DNA from: Scyliorhinus canicula
Lineage: Eukaryota
DNA length: 64,000 nucleotides
Direction: 5' to 3'
NCBI RefSeq assembly: GCF_902713615.1
Contig: NC_052164.1
Coordinates: forward strand, 97,363,575-97,427,574
The notes below the pieces were generated by a model, which had not been told where the DNA came from, did no database searches, and was given only the letters and a program-made list of their open reading frames with translations. Positions 26,201 through 38,937 of the stretch are shown here, piece after piece (position 1 is the first letter of the stretch; every line of letters begins with the position of its first letter). The position numbers and the translations under genes were made by a program.

Positions 26201-27373
26201 AATGTAGTCACTGATAAAATATACAAAATGGGGCAGACAATTTGTGTGTAGCAAACACCAGCAACGTAACAATGACCTGGTAACCTATTTTTGTGATGTT
26301 GCTGAGTGATAAATATTGGATAACTCCCCTGTTCTTCTTTGAAATTGTGCCATGGGATCTTTTGCATCGACTCAAGCAGGCAGACGCGGTGTCAATTTAA
26401 CATTTCACTCAAAGGACGATGCCTCCAACAGTGTGACACTCCCTCAGTGCTGAAGCTGAAATGGAAGTTGAAGTGTCACTGAGAGAGAAGGGTTCTACCA
26501 AAGGAGCTGACATGAAGCCCACAATTCATCCAATTTTCTTTTAAAAATAATACACCACAAAGTACAATTAAAAATCTTCTTTAAATGACCTGCTGTGCTC
26601 TGCTGTTGATGGTCAGAAATGTATCATATTGAACAGTTTCTTAATGCTTAGGATCATTTCCTTTATTTCCCTCCAATTGTGTTTAATCCAGGGGTGCTGG
26701 CAGCCCTCACCCTCATCCCCTGCGTGCCCATTCTTTATATGTGAGCTATAGCGACGAGTGCCAGGTAGGATATTCTGCTACTGGGGCATCACAGTTAAAG
26801 CGAATCCTGCCTTTACTCGATATTCATGGCAGGAAGTGCTTTTCATCAAATGATTGAAAGCAGAGATTGTAGGGGATCAGGGTTATGAGGAGAAGGCAGG
26901 AGAATGGGGATGAGAAACATATCAGCCATGATTGAATGGTGGAGCAGACTCGATGGGCCAAATGGCCTATTTCGGCTCCTATGTCTTATTGTTTGAGATG
27001 AGCAAAAATAAGAGTAGCGCCCCACCGATGTAGTTAAGTTTCTTAATTCAGCACAATTTTGGGATCAAATCCAGGGACTGGTTTAGCACAGTGGGTTAAA
27101 CAGCTGGCTTGTAATGCAGAACAGCAGCGCGGGTTCAATTCCCGTACTGGCCTACCCGAACAGGCGCCAGAATGTCAAATCCACGCTCTATATCAGTGCA
27201 TTTTTAAGTGTAAGGGTTATTGGAGGGTTTCACCAGTGAGCACTAATAGCATCAGGGAAATGTACATCAATTTAAAATTGCGGAAAATTCAATACAGAAT
27301 TAAAAATGTATTTTCTGCATTTAAGTTTTCTTTCCTTTGTTCAAGGTTAAGTTAACAAGTTCACCGGATTACC

Positions 27374-27492
27374 ATGGCTGATTACAGAGATATGTGGGCT
27401 GAAGAGGATGGGCCTGGTTTTGTTCCACCAAAGCTTCAAAGCTATATAGCACCAGAGAATGGCAATAATGTCAATTCCTTTCTCAAACATGG
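27374..27492 (+). pseudogene. Truncated short-type Gig2 pseudogene with the 60765-like N-terminus
   Basis: Reads MADYRDMWAEEDGPGFVPPKLQSYIAPENG, then a 33-bp in-frame deletion removes the MYHGT segment. The sequence runs into a GC-rich repeat at ~27491 and the rest of the gene is missing. Confidence 0.85.
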
Positions 27493-27622
27493 GGCTGGAT
27501 TCTCCGACCCCCCCCGCCGGGTCAGAGAATCGCCAGGGGGCAGCGTCAATCCCGCCCCCACCAGCCGCCGAATTCTCCGGCACCGGATATTCTGCAGGGG
27601 ATGGTAATTGCGCCGCACCGGT

Positions 27623-27657
<35 letters not shown>

Positions 27658-27737
27658 CGATTCTCCGGCCCGCGATGGGCTGAAGTCCCGCTGCTGTAAT
27701 GCCTGTCCCGCCGGCGTGAATCAAACCACCTCCCTCT
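27491..27737. mobile_element. GC-rich TIR-type repeat fragment at a deletion junction
   Basis: Starts GGGGCTGGATTCTCCG. Same family, in reverse orientation, as the repeat at ~2890-3487. Confidence 0.6.
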
Positions 27738-28434
27738 GGGTCAGGAATGTATCACGATGCCTCGAACAGCTTCATAATGCTTAAGATTATTTCCTTTATT
27801 TCCCTCCAATTGTGTTTAATCCAAGGGTGCTGGCAGCCCTCACCCTAATCCCCTGCATAACCATTCTTTATATGTGAGCTATAGTGACGAGTGCCAGGTA
27901 GGATATTCTACTACTGGGGCATCACCATTAAACCAAATCCTGTCTTTACTCTATATTCATGGCAGGATGGGCTTTTCAGCAAGTGATCGAAAGCAGAGAT
28001 TGCAGATCAGGGGTTACGTGGAGAAGGAAGGAGAATGGGGATGAGAAAATATCAGCCATGATTGAATGGCGGGGCAGACTCGATGGGCCGAGTGGCCTAA
28101 TTCTGCTCCTATGTCTTATGGTTTTACGGTTTCATCCATGTTGTTTGAGATTATCAAAAATAAGAGTAGCGTCCCACCGATGTAATTAAGTTTCTTAATT
28201 CAGCACAATTGTGGTACTTTGGGGAGAAAAAAGACAGTTGATACCACTAAAGGCATTGCTTAATTCAGCACAATTGTGGGGTAAAATCCACATTCTTAGT
28301 CAGTGCATTTTCAAGTATAAGGGTGATGATTGTGTGAAATTGCTGAAGATTTGCATTTGAATTAAAAATGTTTTTTCTGCTTTAAATTTTCTTTCCTTTG
28401 TTAAAGGTTAAGTTGACAAGTTGACCGGATTACC

Positions 28435-31009
28435 ATGGCTGATTACAGAGATATTTGGGCTGAAGAGGATGGACCTGGTTTTGTTCCAACAAAACTTCAA
28501 AGTTGTACAGCACCACGAGATGACAAGATCTATGTGATGTACCATGGAACCCGTGCCAGTGATGTCGATTCCATTCGCAAAATTAGTTTCCAACAATCCA
28601 AAGGTGGCATGCTGGGCCCTGGAGTCTATGTCAGTAGAGACATTAGGGAAGCCAGCAGATATCCACTGGGTCTGCGGGACAGTCAGAAGGCTGTGCTTAA
28701 GTTAAGAGTGAATGTGGGAAAAGCCATAAAGATAAATTATCTTTTTCTTAAAATAATTTTTATTGGAATATTTTGAAAAATATATATCAACAAAACAATA
28801 ATAACAATAATAATAATAAACACCCCCGGCATCCGTAACAACGCATATAACAAACCCCCCACACCCCCCCAACTCCAATAAACAACAGAATAAATTAACA
28901 ATAAGCAAATTAACTTAAACACTATCCCCCTAAACCCCCCATCCCCTTTTCCCACCCTCCCCCCCGGGTTGCTGCTGCTGACCTAGTACCTTGTCGTTGA
29001 GCCAGAAAGTCGAGGAAAAGCTGCCACCTCCTAAAGAACACTTGTACCGACCCCCTCAGGGCGAACATAACCCTCTCCAACTTAATGAATCCCGCCATGT
29101 CATTAATCCAAGTCTCCACACTCGGAGGTCTCGCATCTTTCCACTGCAGCAAGATCCTCCGCCGGGCTACTAGGGACGCAAAGGCCAAGACATCGGCTTC
29201 TTTCGCCTCCTGCACTCCCGGCTCCACCCCAACCCCAAATATCGCGAGTCCCCAGCCTGGCTTGGCCCTGGATCCCACCACCCTCGACACCGTCCCCGCC
29301 ACCCCCTTCCAGAACTCCTCCAGTGCCGGACATGCCCAGAACATATGGGCATGGTTCGCTGGACTCCCCGAATACCTGATGCACTGGTCTTCGCCCCCAA
29401 AGAACCTACTCATCCTAGATCCGGACATGTGGGCCCGGTGTAGCACCTTGAACTGGATGAGACTAAGCCTCGCACATGCAGAGGAGGAGTTCACCCTCTC
29501 CAGGGCGTCCGCCCATGTCCCCTCCTCAATCTGCTCCCCCAGCTCCACCTCCCACTTAGCCTTCAGCTCCTCTACCGATGCCTCCCCCACCTCCTGCATT
29601 ACCTGGTAGATGTCAGACACCTACCCATCCCCGACCCACACCCCCGAAAGCACCCTATCCCTTACCCTCCGCGGGGGCAGCAAAGGGAACCCCTCCACCT
29701 GTCGTCTAGCAAACGCCTTGACCTGAAGGTACCTGAACATATTCCCCGGGGGGAGCTCAAACCTCTCCTCCAGTTCACCAAGGCTCGCGAACCTCCCGTC
29801 AATAAACCGGTCTCCCAACTTCCTAATGCCCGCCCTGTGCCACCCCAGGAACCCACCATCCATGTTCCCTGGGACAAACCGGTGGTTCCCCCGCAGCGCG
29901 GATCTTCCACCGAGCCCCCCACTTCCCCCCTGTGTCGCCTCCATTGCCCGCAAATTTTTAGGGTGGCTGCCACCACCGGGCTCGTGGTGTACCTCGTTGG
30001 AGGGAGCGGCAACGGAGCCGTTACCAGTGCCTTCAGGCTCGTGCCTCCGCAGGAAGCCATCTCCATCCTTTTCCACGCTGCTCCCTCCCCCTCCATTACC
30101 CACTTGCGTACCATAGAGACATTAGCCGCCCAATTGTACCCAGAGAGGTTGGGCAGCGCCAGCCCCCCTCTATCCCTGCCCCGCTCCAAAAAGACCCTCC
30201 TGACCCTCGGAGTCCCGTGCGCCCAAACAAATCCCAGAATGCTGCTGTTCACCCTCCTAAAAAGGCCCTCGGAACAAAAATGGGGAGGCACTGAAACAAA
30301 AACAAAAACCTCGGGAGCACCGTCATTTTAACGGACTGTACTCTACGCGCCAACGACAACGGCAGCATGTCCCACCTTTTAAATTCCTCCTCCATCTGCT
30401 CCACCAACCTAGTAAAATTGAGCTTGTGCAGAGTCCCCCAGCTCCTAGCCACCTGAACCCCCAGGTACCTAAAACTCCTCACTGCCCTCTTTAGCGGGAG
30501 CCTACCAATCCCCTCCTCCTGATCTCCCGGGTGCACGACAAACAGCTCACTCTTGCCCAGGTTCAATTTATATCCCGAGAAACTCCCGAACTCAGCAAGA
30601 ATCTCCATCACCTCCGGCATTCCCCCCACCGGGTCTGCTACATACAACAGCAAGTCATCCGCATACAGCGACACTCGGTGCTCCTCCCCACCTCGCACCA
30701 AACCCCTCCACCTCCTTGACTCCCTGAGAGCCATGGCAAGAGGCTCTATAGCTAGCGCAAAAAGCCAGGGGGACAGGGGGCACCCCTGCCTCCTCCCACG
30801 GTGGAATAAAGATAAATTATCAAGGACACCCATATTAGAAGACATGGCGTAGTCATGGCTACGACACTGCCTGGTGTCCTCTCAATTGTGGGATGGTACC
30901 AAGTGGGCTGGAGGAAGATTGTGTCTCAGATCCTACCAGAATAAAATTTGTTGAAGTCCTTCGCCCAAAACGTTGGGGGGACCCCGGGGCCTACCCTGAT
31001 GAGTACTGA
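28435..31009 (+). pseudogene. Short-type Gig2 pseudogene split by an L1 insertion, with a premature stop
   Basis: 5' half spans 28435-28741. 3' half resumes at ~30822 (HPY*KTWRSHGYDTAW...YPDEY). CAG>TAG stop at 30836-30838; original stop at 31007-31009. Confidence 0.9.
28742..30805 (-). mobile_element. 5'-truncated L1/Tx1-clade LINE (ORF2 reverse transcriptase and C-terminal part, frameshifted)
   Basis: Motifs RQGCPLSP, LYADDLLLY, SGYKLN, FRYLGV, GGLALPN and HMFWACP. Perfect 16-bp target-site duplication ATAAAGATAAATTATC at 28726-28741 and 30806-30821. Confidence 0.93.
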
Positions 31010-34000
31010 ATTAAATAGTGGTCAGCGAAAACAGAGGTGTGGGGTGGTGGGATGGGCAGGGGATTTCTACAATTATACTCTGTCTTGGGCTAGGGAGGGA
31101 AGGTTCTACCATGTTCTTGCTATTGAGGTTGGCCTTGTGTGAACAACAGGGGATAATGGGATTGAGTTAAATGTGAAGCTCCACAATCACAGAGCCTGAC
31201 AACACCCATTGGAGTAATTGTTTTGCAGACTCAGCTCCTGGCAATGAAACCTACGCGCCAAGGGGCACAAATGAGAATATTGGTCACTGACGCCATCATA
31301 TCCCATTCTCAGTGCCCCTCAGCTCCCGGATCAGAGTCTCTAAGCTCATACCTCATTGTATAGATTCACACATGAGAAATGGTTATACCAACACAGATGA
31401 AGCAGAGTCTCAGTGTGAGTCACTGCCGTCAGTAGAGGAACAGGGTATTTTGGGGAGAAAAAAGTCGGCTGATGTCACTAAAGGCATTGCAGAAAACTCA
31501 GAGGTGAAGGTAAATCTAACCTTCTTTGAAGGACAATTTGTCAAAGCAATCACTTTGTATCATTCACTTTGTGATGTGAAAAACCATTGATTTGTACTTT
31601 TATACAAACCAAATAAAATTATTGACTGTCCTTTTCTGTAGTAAACCAATAGTAATGGAATGAAATGGACACTAAAAGAATTGTGCTTGTCCAATCTGTA
31701 AAATAAAATATTCTGTTTAACATAAAAGGTCTTCCCTGGATGAGTGTGGCTCCAACAACACTCTAGATGTTGGACAGCATCCAGGACAAAGCAGCCCGCT
31801 TAGTTCACACCTCTTCCATTACCTTTAACATTCACTCCCTCCATCACTGACGCACAGTGGTTGCCGTGTGTACCATCTGTAAGATGCACTGCTGCAACTC
31901 AACAAGGTTTCTTCAAAAGCACCTTCCGAACCTACAACATTTACCACATAGAAGGACAAGGGCAGCAGCTACAACGTCGCCTCCAAGTCACTCACCATCC
32001 TGACTTGAAAATGAATCATTGTTCATTCACTGTCACGAGGTCAACGTCCTGGAATTCCCTTCCGAACAGCACCTTGGGTGTACCTACACCACATGGACTG
32101 CAGTGGCTTATGAAGGCAACTCACCACCACCTTCTCAAGGGCAATGAAGGGATGGGCAATAAATGCTGCCCTGGTCAGTGATGCCAACATCCCGTGAGCA
32201 AATGTGTGGTGTGGGGTGACGGTGCACTTTTACTCCCTCTGCTTGTTGGAAATTAATGGAGGTTAATCGCTAAGCGATGACCCTAATGCTTTGTTTTCAC
32301 CTTGTTACAGTGTTGCTGAGAATGTAGGCAAGTACGCACAGTACTGAGGAGAATGTCCGCAAATTAGGATTGTAATTGTCTCACTGAGAGGAAAGCTCCG
32401 ATGGACCCTTCACTCGGTGACCAAGCTGGGGTTTGTCAACTTGTTGAGTGGGGATGGGGCAGATGTCCAACTTGAGATTTAGCCAACTTGACAGGAAGTA
32501 AGGCAAGCTGGGAAACAGAGGATCAATAGACGGAGACAGGAAGCTGCAAACAATTGGGCAGCACGGTAGTACAATGGTTAGCATTGTTGCTTCATAGCTC
32601 CAGGGACCCGGGTTCGATTCCTGGTTTGGGTCATGATTGTGCGGAGTCTGTACATTCTCCCTGTGTCTGCGTAGGTTTCCTCTGGGTGCTCCGGTTTCCT
32701 CCCACAAGTCCCAAAAGTTGTACTGTTAGGTAATTTGAACATTCTGAACGCTCCCTCTGTGTACCCGAACAGGCGCCTAAATGTGGCGACTAGGGGCTTT
32801 TCACAGTAACTTCATTGCAGTGTTAATGCCAGCCTACTTGTGACAATAAAGATCATTATTATTATAAACGTGCTGACTTAAAATGGAGGCTGAAAATGGG
32901 GCTGGAATATCGAGGCTGCAGACGTAGCCACAATAGATGACTTCTAAATGTTTGCAAAGGTGTAACCCCCCCTGATTGTACAGTCTACAAAGCTGATGGT
33001 CAACCCATCCCTCAACCATGGCATCCTCCATCCATTCACACCCGCACAGTCCCTTGAATCCCACAGCTCAACATCCTATAGTCTGCAGCTACAATATCCC
33101 GCAGCCCAAATGAATCCACATCCTCACTAAATCACACCTCCACTTTTCCACAGGTCCATTAAGTACAGGCACAAGTACGGCGGCAATTTTCTTGCGTCTG
33201 AGGAAGGAAGTTGGGGGTTCAAGGCCCACACACGAGTCTCCTGGCTGACACAGAGCAGGCCTGAAATGAAAGGGAAAATGTTGGAAAATCTCAGCAAGTC
33301 TGGCAGCATCTGTAGGGAGAGAAAAGAGCTAACCTTTCGCGTCCGATGACTCTTTGTCAAAGCAGGCCTGAGTGAGTGTCATCATTTTGATGAGATAGGG
33401 CCAAGTGCAGACTTTTCTGCCGCTCAAGATTTTCCAGCGTCCAATTAGATGAGGCAGATTTTTACCTTTTCTCCATTAACCTGACTTTCTTCCATACCCA
33501 TTGACACACTTACCTAACGAAAATCTACTTCAGTCTTGATAACTCCACTTGGAGTTTGATCAATGATCTGATCGAGGTCTTTAAAATCTTAAAAGAAATT
33601 GTTAGGTTAGATATGGTCATTCTGATGGAATGCCATCAACATGAAACATTTACTCTGTTGCTCTCTCCACAGGTGCTGCATCTCAGTTTTTCCAGCATTT
33701 CCTACGTTTATTTTAGATTTCCAGTGTCTGCAGCAGTTTGCTCTCGCCTTGAGATTTCCTGATGATCTGACCAACCTTTGTGCCTCAACCAAGACTAAAC
33801 ACAGAGAGCAGTTGAAACTGATCTTGAGCGGCAACGCAAAAACAATGACTGGAATTCTCCGGCCGTTGGGATTCACTGTTCCCGCTGGCAGTGCACTCCC
33901 ACCCGCAGCATTCCCAGCGGCGTGGGGTAGCTTCGATGGGAAATCGCATCGACAAGCGACGGGAATAGAGAATCCCGCCGCCAGTGAACGCCGCACAGCC

Positions 34001-34783
34001 GGGAAACACGCGGCCGGGGGACCGAAGAATCAAGCCCAATGATTGCAAATCGGCAGCCACTATTGTCTGGCATCTTATTCTAATTTACATTGATCAAACT
34101 GAGCAAGAAAAATGGTAAAAACATAAAACTAGCTGAAGATTTGTCATAGCCCCTCCTTGCACCGAGACCAATTTCATTCCCACTTATTTCCACAACTGTT
34201 TGTGAGATCGTGCTGGGCACAAATTGTCTCCAGTGTTCGCTATTGTAGATCAATCATTACACTTTTAAACGTATGTCATTGGCAGCAAAGGTCTAGAAGT
34301 TGCGATACAAATACAAGTGCTGAGTTGACTGACCGACCGTCAGCTCCACTCATGGGTTACATATTATGTTGTAGCTCTTCATTACAACTTTACCAGTCTG
34401 TTATGGACAATGTCTAGCCAAAACATAAGTGTTGCCATCATTGGCTCTTTAATCCCAATTTCTGCTCATTTAAGGACTGCAATTAATTTGGTCAAATACA
34501 ATAAAAGAAACATTTTCGGTCAGCGGGAAAAAAAAGAATGTTGAAAACGTGAAGGACATAGAATATTTATATTGAATATTGTCACAAATAGGCATGTCTC
34601 CCTCTTCTGACGGATTGCTGGCAGGAAGTGAGGGGTCGTGATAGGGTTTCCGTAAAATTTATTAAACTGTTAAAAAATGTTAAGGGTGTGGTACTTGATT
34701 AGCAGCACCTCCATTTTGATCATCCCTGAATTGTTTTGATTCAAGGATGCTTTCGACAATGTAACGCTGTTTTGCGGGGAATT

Positions 34784-34863
34784 GAAACTGAAACTTTGAA
34801 AATTACATTATAAAGACCAGCTGTGTGCACATCTCACTGCAGAGGTACTAACCGAGCAGTGAG
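34784..34863 (+). promoter_or_regulatory. ISRE-TATA promoter and non-coding exon 1 of the 38938 gene
   Basis: GAAACTGAAACT at 34784-34795, TATAAAG at 34809-34815, Inr-like TCACT with its A at 34836, donor GAG|GTGAGT at 34863/34864. Confidence 0.75.
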
Positions 34864-36611
34864 GTGAGTGCGTGAACTCCTTGCATTCCAATTCCTGATA
34901 TGTTGTAAAAGAACTGGAAGGGACTTGTAGAAAATATTTCTTCCTGCAGCGAGTGCACTGCCAGAAGGAACGGTGAAAGCAGATTCAATAACTTTGAAAA
35001 AGAAACGATTAAATATTTGAATTGAAAAAGAATCCAGGCCTGTGAGGAAAAAGAAGGGAGTGGCATCGATTGGATCGTTCGTTCAAAATCTGTTTCTGTG
35101 CTGTTAATTCTAAGACTTACTGATAGTGTTGTTGTATAATGCAATCGACCCCATCTGGAATCGTTGGTGGTGTTTTGTTAACTTGGTAATAAGGAGGGAA
35201 GAGCAACAAAAATAATAATGTCCCCTGGGATTTAAACAGCTAAGAAATTTAACCATCTTTGTGCTGAGAGAATTGAAGTCCTCAAGTTCATGAAACGGTT
35301 TGAGGAGTTTCCGTAGATCAATTGTTCCGCATGGTGAAGGATCATAAATTTAAAATAAGAAAGTTCAAAGGTAGATATGAGATATCACAGTGGCGCAGTG
35401 GTGAGCACTGCTGCCTCACAGCTCCAGGGACCTGGGTTCAATTCGGGTCCTGGGTCACTGTCTGTGCGGAGTCTTCACGCTCTCACCGTCTCTGCATGGG
35501 TTTCCTCTGGGTGCTCCGGTTTCCTCCCACAGTCCAAAGGTGTGCAGGTGAGGTGGATTGGCCATGCTAAATTGCCCCTTAGTGTCCAGGGATGTACAAG
35601 TTAGGTTATGGAGTTATGTGGATAAGGAGGGGGTGGATGGGCGAGTGGACATGTGTCGGTGGTGAATTGATGGGCTGAATGGCCTCCTTCGTAACTGTAG
35701 GGATTCTATGATGTCAGTTTTTCAGCCTGACGATGGGAGACATTGTGAAATATGTTACCAGGGAAGGCACTGAATTTAAGCGAGAGAAGTGACTGAGAGA
35801 TATGGTTATAAGGTTGGCAGTTGGGTTCAATCCCTGAGAAAAAATGTATTTATCGGGGGTGGTGTCCTCCAGATCACAGTTCAAATACAGCCAATGTTCC
35901 TTCAATTGTTTTTGTGTATTGTCTATTTATTGTATCAGGTGGTGGGCGTTAGTTGACTGAGCATTTATGCATCTTAATGAATGTTGTATAACCTGTTAGT
36001 TCCACTGCAAAGGACATTTCTGATTGCTGTGCACACGCATGGTTTAGAGGGAACATTGTTCATAGTATTCAACTCAGTTTCCTATTCAAAATATTGTTGA
36101 GGTTATACTTTATACTCGTACATTTTGAAGTTATGTTGTGTTATGCTTCAATTCCCCGCTGGGTCACTCTCTGTGCGGAGTCTGCACGTTCTCCCCGTGT
36201 CTGCGTGGGTTTCCTCCGGATGCTCCGGTTTCCTCCCACAAGTCCCAAAAGACATGCTTATTAGGTGAATTGGACATTCTGAATTCTCCCTCTGTGCACC
36301 CAAACATGACTAGGGGATTTTCACAGTAACTTCATTGCAGTGTTAATGTAAGCCTACTTGTGACAATAATAAAGATTCTTATTATTAATATTATGGCAGT
36401 TTACATTAAACTTTACTTGATATAGTTTTTGCGTTTCCTAATTTTACATTCCGCTAGAATAGGAACGAGTGTGAAGTTGGCTGTGCAATGTGTGCAACAT
36501 CTTACATACTTGGTGCAATCATTATTAAGGACAGGTGGTGTGAGGCAAGCTCGACTTCAAAGGCAGCTAAACTGTAAATCACAGTGAGTCACCACTTTCA
36601 AATAAGGTCGG

Positions 36612-36919
36612 TGATGGAACCATCAATTCACTAGACACGTGCTTTAAGATATGAACAGTGGTTTTAATCGACTTACAACAGAGCCAGCCTGTTCCGCGTT
36701 GAACTCTCGATGAACTGAACGACTGGCTCTGAGCATTGGTATTTATACAGCCGTCCAGGGGGAGGAGTCGTGGGCGGAGCCAAGGGTGGACCCCTGTACA
36801 AACGCCTAAGCATTCCCAGCGCTACTCCCCCTAGTTGTCGGGCAACGCAACTGCGCTTACAAATGCATGTTCTCATGTATATACAATACAGTGTGAATTA
36901 CGGAGTTACATTCACCACA
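36612..36919 (-). mobile_element. Solo LTR (308 bp)
   Basis: TG...CA termini and 5-bp TSD GTCGG (36607-36611, 36920-36924). Paralogous units show the empty site (~25136, ~44329). Confidence 0.8.
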
Positions 36920-38937
36920 GTCGGAATTTTCCACCGGTGGGATTTTACCCGACCGCTGAAGTCAATGGAGGTCGGAAATCTCCAGACGTTGGAATTCTCT
37001 GTTCCCGCCGGCAGTGCCCACCCATACACGGGTTTCCAGGTGATGTGGCGCGGCTTCAATGGGAAATCTCATTGACAAGCAGTGGGAAGAGAGAATCCCG
37101 CCGTTACTGAACGGTGGACCTCCGAGAAACACACGGCTGGGCGACCGGGGAATCTGGATTTTTCAATGGCTCGCCGCATTTTCCAATCCATGATGGGGCT
37201 ATAAAATTCAGCCCCGAATACCAATCACGTCACCGTTGACGGTTCATTTGTCACTTTCTAATCCATTTTTAGCTGCTCCTCCCCACCCCAAATGATCATG
37301 GTTAATTTCATTCTTTGAGGGTTGTTTTCAAGCTTTGTGCAGCCTGTAAAAAAAGGTAAGCATTTTCTCTGTTAGTCCAAAGGAATGTCCTCTCAACCTG
37401 AGCAATGCTTTCTTCCTGCTGTTTTCTGGTGAGTGTCAGGAGGTTGGAAATTGACGTACAACAGGTTGGTGAAACTACATTTAGATTGTTGCGTGAAATC
37501 TTGAGTGTTTTTAGTGAATTTTACCAAGGGACAAGGAAGAATTTGAATGGAAAATACCTACTTTTCACTTATAATTATTGACTTAACAATTGGAATGTCG
37601 AGCTTCAAAATTGTGTATTCTGAGAAATTTCACCTCATTATTACAAAGACAATTTAAACATATTCTTCTACAAAGGAAAGACTGAAATCGCTAGTCATAA
37701 TTAAATTAAATATATTCATTTATGTCGACCTTTCACAACAGCTGGACCTGTCAAAGCACTTTCCAGTTAATTAAGTACTTTTGAAATGTAGTCACTGTTA
37801 AAATATACAAAATGTGGCTGCCAATTTGCGTGTAGCAAACTCCAGCAACGTGACAACGACCTGGTAACCTGTTTCTGTGATGTTGGTTGAGTGATAAATA
37901 TTGCTGCTGATGGTCAAGAATGTATCACGATGCCTCGAACAGCTTCATAATGCTTAAGATTATTTCCTTTATTTCCCTCCAATTGTGTTTAATCTAAGGG
38001 TGCTGGCAGCCCTCACCCTAATCCCCTGCATAACCGTTCTTTATATGTGAGCTATAGCGGCGGGTGCCAGGTAGGATATTCTACTACTGGGGCATCACCA
38101 TTAAACCAAATCCTGTCTTTACTCTATATTCATGGCAGGATGGGCTTTTCAGCAAGTGATTGAGAGCAGAGATTGCAGATCAGGGGTTATGGGGAGAAGG
38201 AAGGAGAATGGGGATGAGAAAATATCAGCCATGATTGAATGGCGGAGCAGACTCGATGGGCCGAATGGCCTAATTCTGCTCCTATGTCTTATGGTTTTAC
38301 GGTTTCATCCATGTTGTTTGAGATTATCAAAAATAAGAGTAGCGTCCCACCGGTGTAATTAAGTTTCTTAATTCAGCACAATTGTGGTATTTTGGGGAGA
38401 AAAAAGACAGTTACACATAGAACAGTACAGCACAGAACAGGCCCTTCGGCCCTCGATGTTGTGCCGAGCAATGATCACCCCACTTAACCCACGTAACCTG
38501 TATACCCGTAACCCAACAATCCCCCCATTAACCTTACACTACGGGCAATTTAGCATGGCCAATCCACCTAACCTGCACATCTTTGGACTGTGGGAGGAAA
38601 CCAGAGCACCCGGAGGAAACCCACGCACACATGGGGAGGACGTGCAGACTCCACACAGACAGTGACCCAGCTGGGAATCGAACCTGGGACCCTGGAGCTG
38701 TGAAGCATTGTTGCTAACCACCATGCTACCGTGATGCCACTAAAGGCATTGCTTAATTCAGCACAATTGTGGGGTCAAATCCACGTTCTATGTCAGTGCA
38801 TTTTCAAGTATAAGGGTTATGAGAGGCCCTAACAATGTGAAATTGCTGAAGATTTGCAACTGAATTAAAAATTTATTTTCTGCTTTAAATTTTCTTTCTT
38901 TTGTTCAAGGTCAAGTTGACAAGTTGTCCGGGTTACC

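Noticed and set aside
27624-27655. Long poly-C/poly-G runs (also ~1082, 16502, 18310, 57020) as functional G-quadruplexes
   Set aside because: They are homopolymers, mostly inside repeats, with unreliable length and no evidence of function.
30948-31142. Recurrent 61-64-aa ORF overlapping the Gig2 stop codon (also 39371, 50924, 61198)
   Set aside because: Alternative-frame by-product with a TTG start and no independent evidence.
31312-31590. Recurrent ~92-aa ORF after each short gene (also 39735, 51339, 61562)
   Set aside because: It lies in the duplicated 3' UTR, mostly starts at non-ATG codons and has variable ends. Recurrence reflects recent duplication.
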